From Heteronotia binoei (lineage: Eukaryota): a stretch of DNA of 64,000 nucleotides. The stretch spans positions 7,812,001 through 7,876,000 of the forward strand of contig NC_083238.1 in NCBI RefSeq assembly GCF_032191835.1, written 5' to 3'. The position numbers and the translations under genes are program-made. The notes below the pieces were generated by a model. That model did no database searches, was not told where the DNA came from, and saw nothing but the letters and a program-made list of their open reading frames with translations. This document shows positions 61,444 to 64,000 of the stretch, one piece after another. Position 1 is the stretch's first letter. The number at the start of each line of letters is the position of its first letter.

Positions 61444-64000
61444 ATCCAGACATATTTTTACCAGTGGAATGATTTACACCTATGGAGCATGATTTTCCCA
61501 CGTTTGCCCCTTCAGCAGCAGCCTGAAATGTCCCCCCCAATCTTATTCCTGGGGGGGGTCCCCATCTTCCAAGAACAGGATTTTGGTGCGTGTTTTGGTC
61601 TGCCATGGTCAGAAATCCTCCCACTTGTAGAAATGTCTACTCTGGATCCAAGCTTTAAGCTGCTTTGAAGTCAACAGCTAAGCCAACTAATTTTTTTAGA
61701 TGTGGCACAGCAGAACTGTGGAATGGGTTGTGTGCATTTTCAATAACAAGTTCATTCCATAAACAAGAGGGCCCTGTCCAGATTTTAAAAACTACATGAA
61801 AAGTAGAACATATTTTTTAAAGCACAGCCAAATTGTCAAGTAATCATCACCATTAGCAAATGAGCCAACTTTAATGCTGGCATCGGAACCTGCCATTACA
61901 ATTTATTGAAGTTACATTTGTTAACAGTGGCACTATTCTTCATCAAATATATTTTAAGCAGGGCTCTGCAGGTCTGTGATATCTTTCCCCAGAGTTTTCC
62001 TTGCCTGTTGTTGCATTACACACAGTTCTAATAAACTCAGGAACCTTGCAGAACAGGACAATTTTCGCGTAGAAGCCAGCTATTAATATGGAGATTTGAT
62101 GCCCACTGAAAAATGAACATTTAACAACTGTTACCAAACAACAATCTCTGAGAATACACTTTATCCCAGTCTTTGAAATTAGAAATAAAACAGCAATCTC
62201 TTGATAAACGTTGGCTGCAATACATGCTGTGTGTGTTAAAAAAATGACACACATTCTAATCTAATTAATGTTAGCAAGCAAATCTAAATGATCTATCTCA
62301 TGAAACAACTGTCTAGGAAGTCCAATATCTTCAGTGTAACAGTACCACAGCAAAAAACAACAACAACAACTCGATTGGGTTGGCTTCAGCCAGCTTTTTT
62401 ATGAGTGGACAAGGGAGGATGAAGTCTCTTTTCACTACAAAAAAGAATAAATTTTGGGGTCACACAATGAAATGGACAAAAACCAATGTGGAATGAAGGT
62501 TGCAATAAGGAGACAAATTAGAAGAGATTGAGCAAAAGCTTCTGGAAGGATCCATCCCATTGTGATAAATTAGAGTAAGACCTCAGTTCCTCATCTACCT
62601 TGGTATTTCAAATACACAGTAACACAAGCCCCAAATAGTCCCATAAATATTTGAGGTATGCAAATACCATTGTCAAGTTTTATTATTTCCTGGCAAACCT
62701 ATTTCACTTCATAGCTTTACCCTGTCTAGCCCTCTTTCCACTCTTTGATATCTATCTATCCCTGAAGCATTTGACTTCCATCAAACGGTCTAATACAGGT
62801 TTCTTTAAAATGACTGAAAGTACATGACATTGGAGAGGCAAGGCCAAGAATGCTGTCTCTTCCTCCTTCCCATCACAGTGTGCTGGCCTCACCACTTGTT
62901 TTTGCCCAAGTGTGAACACAGTGCCTATGAATGTTGAAGATGAATTTTCATGGGCTCCATTCTCAAGATCAGGAGTGGTGTTTTACCAGTGTACTGAAGC
63001 ATTTCAGTAAAATACCCCACTAAAAGGATATTGGCACAGTCATCCATACAATCACATCAAAGCTACGTTGTAGTGTATTGTTTGGATGCTGTTTTACATT
63101 TACAAGAACACGATAAGTGAATCAACTGAAGGGATAGAAAGCTGCAACTGATCCAGTTGTGGAATTAATTTCAGAAACTGTCCTAGTTAAATTTAGGCAT
63201 GCTGAAAATTTTGTAATCTACATGCTCATCAGGCAAACCTAACTTCTTTAAACTTCCTTGATGACACCCAAAGCAAGCTTCTGATCTATTCACTTAAATA
63301 TTCCATATCAAAATTCATTGCAAGAATAATACCATGCCCAATGGCTTTGCACCTGCACTGGAGCGGTTTGATTGCTGCTTTTCCCGGTCCAAGAACTAAA
63401 TAATCTCATTTAACCTGAGAAAAGGATGTATCCCCTGGCCTCATGGTAATTTGTATCATTAAAGTGATTGACTTATGAAAATATCATCAGTGGCTAGATA
63501 ACATTGCCTGTTTTTCGTGCTTGGGTAGTCAGTGATATCTATTAGAGAACAAAAGTACTCACTGCAGAGTAAATCAGGTTCATGGGCAGATACTGCTAAC
63601 ACAATAAATAGTAAGTCTCAACTCAAAAAAACCACTGATTTTTTTTTTTAAATTACAATTCGCTCTTTCAAAAGATGAAGGCAGCAGCAGAAACGGGGTG
63701 GCAGCAACAGCAACAAGAAAAACCTAATTACAGTATAATCACACAAATACATCTGAACTGCTTGTTGCGTGATCACCTCCCTGTGTGTGAGCAAGCAGGA
63801 TATGAGCCCAATCAGCAGGTGTTCAAGCACAACTAGGCAATAATAAGGTACAAATGGAGGAATTCCATGACAGCAGCCTTCAGATGTGTGAGCTGTCTAC
63901 CTCAGGACTGATACATTCACGAACTTGATGCCAAGTAAGTGGTCTTCTTCCCTCTAGCCAGAAGCAATGCAGTATGAAGGATTGTTCTAGTCTAGACATG

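Noticed and set aside
63676-63935. Exon-like segment (ctttcaaaag ... CCAA/gtaagt)
   Set aside because: All three frames contain stops and no homology was recognised. It could only be non-coding, and there is no supporting evidence.

Overview
Vertebrate genomic DNA, almost certainly from a squamate reptile and probably a gecko (inferred from Sauria SINEs plus many Squam3-type tRNA-derived SINEs). It comes from a scaffolded assembly with three N-gaps. I could not identify any host protein-coding gene, rRNA, tRNA or CRISPR array. The window looks intergenic or intronic and is dominated by transposable elements: a 5'-truncated L2-clade LINE with a 535-codon RT ORF and several L2 fragments; a hAT transposase C-terminal remnant; many hAT MITEs with 8-bp TSDs; PIF/Harbinger-type hairpin MITEs with 3-bp TSDs; solo LTRs; a Penelope-like 3' fragment carrying a minimal hammerhead ribozyme core; and two large unclassified fold-back elements. 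Most short ORFs in the supplied track are chance ORFs or by-products of repeats and palindromes. The items most worth follow-up are the hammerhead motif (36153-36193), two diverged long LTR-like copies sharing a decayed ORF (4.2-6.0 kb and 24.5-25.9 kb), a perfect A-B-A templated duplication (31290-32083) next to an unexplained ~100-bp repeat array, and the fold-backs at 38.4-39.3 kb and 45.2-46.4 kb. I found no clear evidence for a novel multi-gene system.
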